From the human T2T-CHM13v2.0 reference genome, Homo sapiens, in assembly GCF_009914755.1 (NCBI RefSeq), contig NC_060927.1: a stretch of 64,000 nucleotides of DNA; one strand, given 5' to 3'. The translations under genes were made by a program, and so were the position numbers. Of the stretch, positions 28,576-42,846 are shown piece by piece (position 1 is the first letter of the stretch; the number at the start of each line of letters is the position of its first letter). The notes under the pieces were generated by a model. That model had not been told where the DNA came from, ran no database searches, and saw nothing but the letters and a program-made list of their open reading frames with translations.

Positions 28576-29764
28576 TCCCGTTTCCAATGAAGGCCTCAAA
28601 AAAGTCCAAATATTTACTTGCAGATTCTACAAAAAGAGTGTTTCATAACTGGTCTATCAAAACAAAGGTTAAACTCAGTGAGTTGAACCCACACATCACA
28701 AAGTAGTTTCTGAGAATCATTCTGTCTAGTTTTTCTATGAAGATATTGCCTTTTCCACCATAGGCCTCAAACGGCGCTAAATATCCACCTGGAAATTCTA
28801 CAAAAACTGAGTTTCAAAAGTGCTCTATTGAAAGGAAGCTTCAACTCTGTGAGTTGAAGGTGCACATCACAAAGAAGTTTCTGAGAATTCTTCTGTCAAG
28901 GTTTCTATGAAGAAATCCCGTTTCCAATGAAGGCCTCAAAAAAGTCCAAATATTTACTTGCAGATTCTACAAAAAGAGTGTTTCATAACTGGTCTATCAA
29001 AAGAAAGGTTAAACTCAGTGAGTTGAACCCACACATCACAAAGTAGTTTCTGAGAATCATTCTGTCTAGTTTTTCTATGAAGATATTGCCTTTTCCACCA
29101 TAGGCCTCAAACGGCGCTAAATATCCACTTGGAAATTCTACAAAAAGAGAGTTACAAGAGTGCTCTATCGAAAGGAAGCTTCAACTCTGCGAGTTGAAAG
29201 CACACATCACAAAGAAGTTTATGAGAATTCTCCTTTCTAGTTTTGTATGAAGAAATCACGTTTCAAACGAAGGCCACAAAGAGGTCCAAATATCCACTTG
29301 GAGATTCAACAAAAAGAGTTTTTCAAAACTGCTCCATCAAGAGGAATATTCAACTCTGAGAGTTGAAGGCAGGTATCACAAAGTAGTTTCCGACAATGCT
29401 TCTGTCTAGATTTTATGTGAAGACATTCCCTTTTGTACCACAGGCCTGAAAGCACTCTAAATATAGAATTGCAAATTCCACAAAAAGAGTGTTTAAAACC
29501 GCTCGATCCAAAGAAAGGTTAAACTCTGTAAGCTGAATGCGCACATCACAAAGTAGCTTCAGAGAACAATTGTGTCTAGTTTTTCTGTGAAGATATTTTC
29601 TCTTCTACATAGGCCTGAAACCGCTCTAAATATTCACTTGGAAATTCTACAAATAGAATATTTCAACACTCTTCTACCAAAAGGAAGGTTGAACTCTGAG
29701 AGTTAAATGCACACATCACAAAGAAGTTCCTGAGAATTCTTCTGTCAAGGTTTCTATGAAGAAA
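28576..29764 (-). repeat. 7-mer HOR variant (1,2,1,7,8,9,10)
   Basis: Markers at 28576, 28916 (+340) and 29765 (+849). After the second monomer 1 the sequence continues with monomer-7-type caaaaagagagttacaag. Confidence 0.9.
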
Positions 29765-31454
29765 TCCCGTTTCCAATGAAGGCCTCAAGAAAGTCCAAAT
29801 ATTTACTTGCAGATTCTATAAAAAGAGTGTTTCATAACTGGTCTATCAACAGAAAGGTTAAACTCAGTGAGTTGAACCCACACATCACAAAGTAGTTTCG
29901 GAGAATCATTCTGTCTAGTTTTCCTACGAAGATATTGCCTTTTCTACCATAGGCCTCAAACGGCGCTAAATATCCACCTGGAAATTCTACAAAAACTGAG
30001 TTTCAAAAGTGCTCTATTGAAAGGAAGCTTCAACTGTGTGAGTTGAAAGTACACATCACAAAGAAGTTTCTGAGAATTCTTCTGTCTAGTTGTAAATGAA
30101 GAAATCACGTTTCAAACGAAGGCCACAAAGAGGTCCAAATATCCACTTGCAGATTCTACAAAAAGAGTGTTTCAAAACGGCTCCATCAAGAGGAATGTTC
30201 AACTCTGTGCTTTGAATGCAAATATCACAAATAAGTTTCTGACAATACTTCTGTCTAGTTTTTATGTGAAGATATTTCCTTTCCTACTGTAGGCCTCAAA
30301 ACGCTCTAAATATACACTTGCAAATTCCACAAAAAAGTGTTTCAAAAATGGACGCGAGTGAACGCTATCTGATTTGGATAAAGGAGACATTCTTGACATC
30401 TTCACAAGATCTCTAAAGAAATCTCCTCCTCCATCCACCCCACAACTTATGCCAAGATCATTATTTGTAGCTACTGAGGTTGCCAATATAAGTAGCTCCA
30501 AGCCCTGAAGTGTGAATTTAGTGAAGAGGAGAAGTAGGAAATACAGAATATGTAATTTCCAGGGAAGAGAGGATTTCGGTAACCTATTTAGTTTAATCCC
30601 TTTACAGATAGAACATAAAAAAGACCAAATCTTTGAATTCATTAACAAATGGTGGGCTCTGTTTCTTAAGGATTTGAATCTGCATGAAGAAGCAAAGCCA
30701 TTTGTCTAGCTTATCGAAAAGTTTTTACAGGAGAAAGGAGAGGGATTAGAACTGGGGGTCTCTGTCAAGGAGAGGTCAGAAAGTACCAGGTGGCTTACTG
30801 CTCTCTCACCCCTTCAATTGACTCATTATAGCTGTTATCTCCCAGCAAATGTCAGTGTTTTATTTCCTCCATGTGACATTTTTCATGAGATACAACTTTT
30901 CTCTGCCTCACATAGCAATTGGCATGCCCTTGAATCCAGAGAACTAGAGCAAAACGGATTGAGTTTGGCTAGGCAGGTCCAATCTTTAACCTGCTAAGCT
31001 ACATGGAGCCAAGGATTGGGTCTTAACGGATTGATGAACAGGCTGATAATTTAGATGTGAAGGACCAGAGAGGTCTGTCACATCCCATTCTTCAAGGAAG
31101 AGATGTAAGTCAAATGAGTCAAACCAGGGAGCCTACTTGTACAACCAGGTCTGAGAATGTCATACAGGCCTAACTATGGTATAGAGCTCAAGTTCTGAAA
31201 CAGGAAAATAACTGAAGCAAAGCTGGTCAGAGATGAAAATATAAAGCATCTATGCAAATTTAATTGCAGAGTCCACTGCTTTTCTTTAATTTGGCAGCAG
31301 ACAATTGCATCTGACTGGCTTGAAAGAGACACTGTTTTCTAAGTCCCCTAAACCCCCATCACAAAGGCCAGTAGAAATTGTCAAATCCATGTTCTATGCA
31401 AAGTTAAAGTTCAATTTATTACCTTAAATTCTATTTTCTTTTTCCATTAAGTGC

Positions 31455-31895
31455 ATATCACCCAGGCTGCTGGTTGTGAACAACAGAAGCTGACATTGGC
31501 TGATTAATCAAAAAGAAAAAACATATGATAATCCATAGAAGTGTTGGAGAACAAGGCCCAAGCATGAGCTTGGATATAATGCAAAAAAAACAAGATACAG
31601 CTGACTTGTTAAAGAAACAAACACCACTTCCATGGCGCCCATCAAAGACTAGGGAACCCTGTAGCCATTGCCACCACTTCATCAGCAGGTAGGTGGTTCC
31701 ACCTAGAGCCTGTTTGCTCATATTGCTCTCCTATGTATCAGAGTCTTTCATGGGCTTATGTGATAACAGAATCCTCAGACACATGCTCACATTTAGCTGC
31801 AAGAAAAGCTATAAACTTAAGTTTTGACTCTACAGCAGAAATGTGGGACTCAAAAATGGAAACTTCTCCAAATATAGAAAAACTATTCAAAAGGT
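31455..31895. mobile_element. Highly decayed LTR remnant (old MaLR/ERVL-like)
   Basis: Weak resemblance only (cacatgctcacatttagctgcaagaaaagcta...ttctccaaatatagaaaa). Confidence 0.35.
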
Positions 31896-31899
31896 AATG

Positions 31900-32890
31900 G
31901 GCAACTTTTGGCAGAGGTGCCAAAATAATTCAGTGGGGGAAAATACTCTTCAACAAATGGTATTGAATAACTGGATATCCACATGTAAAAGAATAAGGTT
32001 GAAGCCATTTCTTATACCACACACTAAAATTAACTCCAAATGGATCACAAACCAAATGTAAGAGCTAAAACTATAAATTCTTAGAAGAAAACATAGGAGT
32101 GCATCTATGTGATTTGGGGTTAAGTAAAGCCTTCTTAGATATGGGACCAAAAGCACAAGCAACCACCAACAAAACAAAACAAAAAGATAAATAGGACTTC
32201 ATCAAAATTCAAAACTTTTATGCTTCAAATGAGACTATCAAAGAAGTGAAAGACCACACACAAAATGGGAAAAAATATTTGCAAATTTGTTTTGATTGCC
32301 TCCTGTTCAGCTCATTGGTGAAAGTAGGGATTCCCACCCCAGAGTAATGGGGATGGCCCAACTTCCGCCACCAGAAAGAGGAGATCGACAGCAGTTTGTT
32401 CGTCACATGCACTCATATCTCAGGGGAGGAGGACACCACACCACACAGGGCCACACAGAGGTTTACTCAGAAACAGAGTGAATGACAGGGACTGTGGGAA
32501 GCTGACTTTGTAGTATGAAGAGGATGCAACGTCCCCTGGTTCCCATGAGAGGATGTGATTGGCTTATTGGAAAAATCCCATGGACTGGCAAGAAATTGAA
32601 ACCTGCCACTCATGAATAAGCAGGAACCACATCTGGTCCATTTCATAAGCAGGGCTATTTCTAGGGGACCTTATCTATGGCAGCAGAATGGGGAGGAGAA
32701 CCTGCAGTTACGCTATTCGAGGCCCTTGCGATTTTTCCAAGTGTGAAGGCAGCACATAATATTGAACCTTAATTTCACATATTATGCCACCAAATCTTGT
32801 TAGGCATATGTATCCTGCATCTATAAAAAAGACTTACAATTCAACAATAAAAATACATATAATTCAATTTTAAAACGGATAAAGGCTTGA
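31900..32890 (+). mobile_element. Old L1M (L1MB-like) ORF2 3' fragment, first part, interrupted by an LTR
   Basis: Degenerate L1 ORF2 sequence (tcttcaacaaatggtattgaataactggatatccacatg; HTKINSKWI in the ORF track). It resumes at ~32795 after the LTR. Confidence 0.85.
32288..32793 (-). mobile_element. Solo LTR, ERVL-type (LTR53/MER54-group-like)
   Basis: ~500-bp GC-richer block splitting contiguous L1 sequence. The reverse complement starts tggtggcataatatgtgaaattaaggttcaatattatgtgctgcc, as recalled for this LTR group. Confidence 0.65.
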
Positions 32891-33153
32891 TGTAGTCCCA
32901 CTTATTTATTTTTGCTTTTCTGGCCTGAGCTTTTGGTATAAAATCTAAAACATCACTGCCAAGGCCAATGTCTAGGAGCTTTTCTCCTATAGTCTGTCTC
33001 TTCTAGGAGTTTCATAGTTTCAAATGTAATAAATAGCCTAAATATGACTGATGTTCAGTGGTTTGAATATTCTCAAATATCAATTTTTTTATTTAGGTCT
33101 TTTATCCATTTTGAGTTGATTTTTGCATATGGTGTAAGATGAGGATTCCATTT

Positions 33154-33185
<32 letters not shown>

Positions 33186-34305
33186 TTTGATAGGGTCTCA
33201 CTCTGTCACCCAAGCTGGAGTGTAGCACAGTGGTGCAATCACAGCTCACTACAGCCTTGAATTCCTGGGCTTAAGCGATTCTTTGGTCTCAGCCTGCCAA
33301 GTAGCTGGAACTAAGGAACGTGCTACAATGCCCAGCTAATTTTTTTTTTTTATAGATGGTGTCTCACTATGTCACCTAGTCTGTTCTTAAACCCCTGGGC
33401 TCAAGCAATTCTCCCACCTCAGCCTCCCAAAGTCTGGGATTACAGGTGTGAGTAACCATGCCCAGCCCCCAATTTTATTATTTTGCATGTGGAAATTCAA
33501 CGTTCCCAGCACCATTTATTGGAAGAAATTGTCCTTTTCCCCATTGTTCTTTTTTGGTGTCTTTGTCAAAAATTAGTTGACCACATGTATTTGGGTTTGC
33601 TGCTGGGCTCTCTATTCTGTTCCACTGGTCTATGGGTCTGTTTTTATGTCAGTACCATAAAACCGTTGTGATGAGCCATAGCTTTGTAAAATATTTTAAA
33701 TCAGGAAGTGTGGTGCCTCCAGTGTTTTCTTTCTCAAAATTTTTTTGGCCATTCAGGGTCTTTTACATTTCCATATAAAATTTATGATTTTTTTTTCTAT
33801 TTCTGTGAAGAATGCCATTAGGATTTGGATAAGGCTTGCATTAAATCTGTAGATTACTTTGGGTAATATGGTCATTTTAATCATATTAATTCTTCTGCTC
33901 CATGAGCACAGGACATCTTTGTATTTATTTGTGTCTTCATCAATTTCTTTCAGTGCTTTAGAGTTTTCAATGTATAGATATCCTAATTCCTTGCTTAGAT
34001 TTATTCCTAGGAATTTTTTATGCTATCATAAGTGGAATTGCTTTCCTGATGTCTTTTTCAGTTAGATCATTATTCATATATAAAAATGCTACTGATTTTG
34101 CTATATTCATTTTGCATCTTGCATTTTGTATCTTTACTGAATTTATTATTTTTAACACTGTTGAGAGTTTTTATCAAGAAAGAATTTTGGACTTTGTCAA
34201 AAGCTTTTTCAGTGTCAGTTGAGGTGATCATGTGGTTTTTACCTTTCATTCTGTAAATATGATGTATCACATTGACTGATATGTGTATGTTCAACCAGAC
34301 TTGTA
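32890..34305 (-). mobile_element. Inverted 5' segment of an L1MA element
   Basis: Minus-strand L1 ORF2 (ORF 34070..34294, [16 protein letters not shown]). Its L1 3'-most point is contiguous with the plus-strand part starting at ~34306. Confidence 0.85.
33155..33468 (-). mobile_element. Alu (AluJ-like)
   Basis: Poly-T, then gatagggtctcactctgtcacccaagctggagtg...cacagctcactacagccttga, ending ccatgcccagcc. Confidence 0.95.
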
Positions 34306-35170
34306 TGAGCTTCTACATAATAAAAGAAACAACCAACAAAACGAAATGGCAGCTTATGGATTGGAAAAAAATATTTGCAAACCATAAATCTGATAAGGAA
34401 TTAATAATCAAAATTTATAAAGAACTCATATAGTCAATACTGGAAAAAAACAAATAAGCTGATTTTAAAATGGGCAAAGGATCTGAATAGACATTTCCCC
34501 AGAGAAGACATAAAAATGGCCAAGAGGTATATGAAAAGGTGCTTAACATCACTAATCATTGGGGAATGCAAATCAAAATCACTATGAGATACCACATTAC
34601 ACCTGTTATGATGGTTATTGTCAAAAAGTCAAAAGATAACAAATGTTGGTGAGGTAAAGAGAAAAGGGAATTCTTACACACTGTCAGTAGGAATGTAGCT
34701 TGGTACAGCCATTATGAGAAACAATATGGAGGCAACTAAAGGAATTAAAATTAGAACTATCATCAATCCCCCTTATGGGAATATACCCAAAGCAAGTGAA
34801 ATCACCACTTCATAAAGATGTCTGCACTCTCATATTTACTGCATTACTGATAACAGCCAAGATATGGAAACATTCTACATGGCCATCAATGGACAAATGT
34901 TTAAACTGTAGCAAATATATACAATGGAATATTATTCAGCCCTAAAAAGAGAATGATATATTGTCATTCATCACAACATGGATGAGCTTAAAAGAAATTA
35001 TGCTAAGTGAAATAAACCAAACACAGGAAGAAAAATAATTGCATGATCTCATGTAGATGTGAAATATTTTTTAAAAATTCAAATATACAGAAATAGAAAA
35101 TGAAACAGTGGTTGCCAAGGACATGTAGTGGGTAAGGAAATGGGAGATGTAGGTCAGAAAATACGAAATA
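34306..35170 (+). mobile_element. L1MA sense segment (ORF2 end and 3' UTR), part 1
   Basis: gagcttctacataataaaagaaacaacc...gcatgatctcatgtagatgtgaaat; interrupted by the L1PA. Confidence 0.88.
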
Positions 35171-35183
35171 GGGGGGTGGAGCC

Positions 35184-35192
35184 AAGATGGCC
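35184..35192 (+). promoter_or_regulatory. YY1 site of the L1 5' UTR internal promoter
   Basis: AAGATGGCC at the canonical position just inside the L1 5' end. Confidence 0.8.
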
Positions 35193-36199
35193 GAATAGGA
35201 ACAGCTCCAGTCTACAGTTGCCAGAGTGAGCGACGCAGAAGATGGGATATTTCTGCATTTCCAACTGAGGTACTGGGTTCATCTCACTGGGGAGTGCTGG
35301 ACAGTGGGTGCAGGACAGTGGGTGCAGTGCAACACACATGAGCTGAAGCAGGGCGAGGCATTGCCTCACCTGGGAAGCACAAGGGGTCAGGGAATTCCCT
35401 TTCCTAGCCAAGGAAAGGGGTGATGGATGGCACCTGGAAAATCGGGTCACTCCCACCCTAATACTGCACTTTTCCAATGGGCTTATCAAATGACACACCA
35501 GGAGATTATATTGTGTGCCTGGCTTGGAGGGTCCTATGCCCACGGAGCCTCACTCATTGCTAGCACAGCAGTCTGAGATCAAACTGCAAGGTGGCAGCGT
35601 GGCCGGGGGAGGGGTGCCCGCCATTACTCAGGTTTGAGTAGGTAAACAAAGCTGCAGGGAAGCTCGAACTGGGTGGAGCCCACCACAGCTCAAGGAGGCC
35701 TGCCTGCCTCTGTAGGCTCCACCTCTGGGGTCAGGGCACAGAAAAACAAAAGACAGCAATAACCCCTGCAGACTTCATTGTCCCTGTCTGACAGCTTTGA
35801 AGAGAGCAGTGATTCTCCCAGCATGCAGCTTGAGATCTGAGAATGGCCAGACTGCCTCCTTAAGTTGGTCCCTGACCCCCAAGTAGCCTAACTGAGAGGC
35901 AGCCCCCAGTAGGGGTGGACTGACACCTCACAAGGCCGGGTACTCGTCTGAGACAAAACTTCCAGAGGAACGATCAGGCAGCAGCATTTGCGGTTCACCA
36001 ATATCCGCTGTTCTGCAGCCACCACTGGTGATACCCAGGCAAACAGGGTCTGGAGTGGACCTCCAGTAAACTCCAACAGAACTGCAGCTGAGAGTCCTGA
36101 CTTTTAGAAGGAAAACTAACAAACATAAAGGACATCCACACCAAAAACCCATCTGTACGTCACCATCATCAAAGACCAAAGGTAGATAAGACCACAAAG

Positions 36200-37217
36200 A
36201 TGGGGAAAAGACAGAGCAGAAAAACTGGAAACACTGAAAATCGGAGTGCCTCTCCTCCTCCAAAGGACTGCAGCTCCTCACCAACAACAGAATGAAGCTG
36301 GATGGAGAATGACTTTGACAAGTTGAGAGAGGAAGGATTCAGAAGATAAAACTACTCTGAGCTAATGGAGGAAGTTCGAACCAATGGCAAAGAAGTTAAA
36401 AACTTTGAAAAATAATTAGATGAATGGATAACTAGAATAACCAATGCAGAGAAGTCCTTAAAGGACCTGAAGGAGCTGAAAACCATGGCATGAGAACTAC
36501 GTGATGAATGCACAAGCCTCAGTAACTGATGCAATGAACTGGAAGAAAGGGTGTCAGTGATGGAAGACAAAATGAATGAAATGAAGCGTGAAGATAAGTT
36601 TAAAGAAAAAAAGAACAAAAAGAAATGAACAAAGCCTCCAAGAAATATGGGACTACGTGAAAGGACCAAATCTACATCTAATTGGTGTACCTCAAAGTGA
36701 CGGGGAGAATAGAACCAAGTTGGAAAACACTCTGTGGGATATTATCCAGGAGAACTTCCCCAATCTAGCAAGGCAGGCCAATATTCAAATTCAGGAAATA
36801 CAGAGAACACCAGAAAGGTACTCCTCGAGAAGAGCAACTCCAAGACACATAATTGTCAGATTCACCAAAGTTGAAATGAAGGAAAAAATGTTAAGGGCAG
36901 CCAGAGAGAAAGGTCAGGCTACCCACAAAGGGAAGCCCATCAGACTAACAGTGGATCTCTCGGCAGAAACTCTACAAGCCAGAAGAGAGTGGGGGAAAAT
37001 ATTCAACATTCTTAAAAACAAGAATTTTCAACCCAGAATTTCTTATCCAGCCAAACTAAGCTTCATAAGTTAAGGAGAAATAAAATCCTTTACAGAAAAG
37101 CACATGCTGAGGGATTTTGTCACCACCAGGCCTGCCCTAAAAGAGCTCCTGAAGGAAGCACTAAACATGGAAAGGAAAAACCAGTACCAGCCACTGCAAA
37201 AACATGCCAAATTGTAA
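36200..37217 (+). pseudogene. L1 ORF1p remnant (stops and frameshifts)
   Basis: ATG at 36200; peptide RNEQSLQEIWDYVK...ISYPAKLSFIS* in ORF 36588..37073. Confidence 0.93.
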
Positions 37218-37280
37218 AGACCATCAAGGCTGGGAAGAAAGTGCATCAACTAACGAGCAAAATAACCAGCTAACATCATA

Positions 37281-41092
<3,812 letters not shown>

Positions 41093-41309
41093 ACAATGAG
41101 AACACATGGACACAGGAAGGGGAACATCACACACCAGGGACAGTTGTGAGGTCGGGGGAGGGGGGAGAGATAGCATTAGGTGATATACGTACTGCTAAAT
41201 GACGAGTTAATGGGTGCAGCACACCATCATAGCACATGTATACATATGTAACACACCTGCACATTGTGCACATGTACCCTAAAACTTAAAGTATAATAAT
41301 AATAAAGAA

Positions 41310-41600
41310 AGAAAATATGAAGTAGAAGACATGTAGGATGAATAAGTCTAGAGATTTAATGTATCATGTGAAGACTATAGGTAATAAAAGTGTGCTGTAT
41401 ATGGGATTCATGCTAAATGAATAGATTTTACCTGCTCTCACCACAAAAAAAAATGGGTAACTATGTGAAATAATGGATATGTTAATTTACTTCATTATAG
41501 TAATCTTTTTACTATGTGTATCCCATAAGATCATGTTGTATACCCTAAATATATACAACAAAATTTATTTTAAAAAATCAAAAAAGAAAACACAGAGATA
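41310..41600 (+). mobile_element. L1MA 3' UTR, part 2, with A-rich tail
   Basis: Continues from 35170: gtaggatgaataagtctagagatttaatgta...catgttgtataccctaaatatatacaacaaaatttattttaaaaaa. Confidence 0.85.
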
Positions 41601-41614
41601 TACTAAACCAAGTA

Positions 41615-42456
41615 AAAAGAAGATGGGTAAAGGATTTCAAAAGACATATATTCAAAGAAGATAACAAATGGCCCACAAGCACATAAAAAGATGCTCAACA
41701 TTATTAGCCATTAGGGAAATGCAAGGAAATACCACTTCACATCCACTAGGATGACTGTAATGAAAAAGACAGACAAAAACAGTTGGCATTGATGTGCAGA
41801 ATTGGAGTCTCATACATTGCTGGGAGGAATGTAAAATGGTGCAACTGCTTTGGAAAACAGTTTGACAGTTCCTCAAAATATTAAACACAGAATTACCATA
41901 CGAACCAGCAATTCCACTCCTAAATATATATGCTGGATAAATGAAAATGTATGTTCACACAAAAACTTATATACTAATGTTCATAGCAACATTATTCATA
42001 ATAACCAAAGAGTGGAATCAAATCACATATTCATCAATGCATTTATCCGTTGTTGAATGGACAAGTAAAATGTGGTGTATCCTGCAATGGAGTATTATTC
42101 AGCAATAAAGAGAATGTAGCGCCAATATGTACTACAACATGGGTGAATCTTGAAAACATGCTAACTTAAAGAAGCTAGACACAAAAGAGTGGCTATTATA
42201 CATTCAAGTTATAAGAAAAGTCCAGAAAAGGCAGATCTACAGAGATGAAAGTATATTAATGGTGGCAGACGATAGTTGTGATGAGAAACAACTGCTAATG
42301 GGTATGGAGTTTCTTTTTGGAGGATGAAAACGTTTTAAAATTGACTGTGAGGAAGTCACTCCTGTGAATGTACTAAAAACCATTAAATTGTACACTATAA
42401 GTGGGTAAATTATGTAGTATGTAAATATATCTCAATGAATCTGTTATTTAAAAAAG
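41615..42456 (+). mobile_element. L1MB-like element, second part to 3' end
   Basis: Resumes at atgggtaaaggatttcaaaagacat, repeating acggataaaggcttga before 32890 (decayed TSD). It ends aaatatatctcaatgaatctgttatttaaaaaa. Confidence 0.85.
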
Positions 42457-42846
42457 ATAATAGTAGCCTAAATATGAATGATATTCAGGTGTTTAACTAT
42501 TCTCAAATATCATTTTGAATCTTCTGCTTTAAAATATCTTCACAGAATTTGGAAACTCTTCTCTATGGTTGATTGACTAGTATTCGTTCCCTTATAAATT
42601 TTCTGTAATATTGCCAAAGTTATCCATCAACACTGAAAAATATATAGTTAAGTAGGTAGATGAAACCTGCAATTTCACTTTTTAGCCACCTGTATAAACA
42701 ATGTTTAGGGAATAGGCTAATTTTTTTTAGAGTAAGAAAAGTTGCTAGAGATCTACCAAATGAGAAAATTGCATCTCAAAAATGTTAACTGATTCTCCAA
42801 AATTACACAGCCAAATGATGAGGATATTGTATATTTGAAAACCACT

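Larger units (their letters stand above)
1..30347 (-). repeat. Alpha-satellite HOR array, basic 10-mer (~1699 bp), about 178 monomers
   Basis: Tandem ~170-bp monomers. The marker tcccgtttccaatgaag recurs at 39, 1737, 3435, 5133, 6832, 8530, 10229, 11928, 13626, 15325 and 17026 (spacing 1698-1701). CENP-B-box-like sites read in reverse complement, hence '-'. The array continues beyond the left edge. Confidence 0.99.

Noticed and set aside
1-30347. Regular repeats as a CRISPR-like array or a novel repeat-based system
   Set aside because: No unique spacers and no associated genes; the units are ordinary 170-bp alpha-satellite monomers.
30262-30709. 128-aa ORF spanning the satellite junction and the overlapping 65-aa ORF
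   Set aside because: No recognisable domain, apparently non-ATG starts, and the C-terminus is translated alpha satellite; no promoter or splice evidence.
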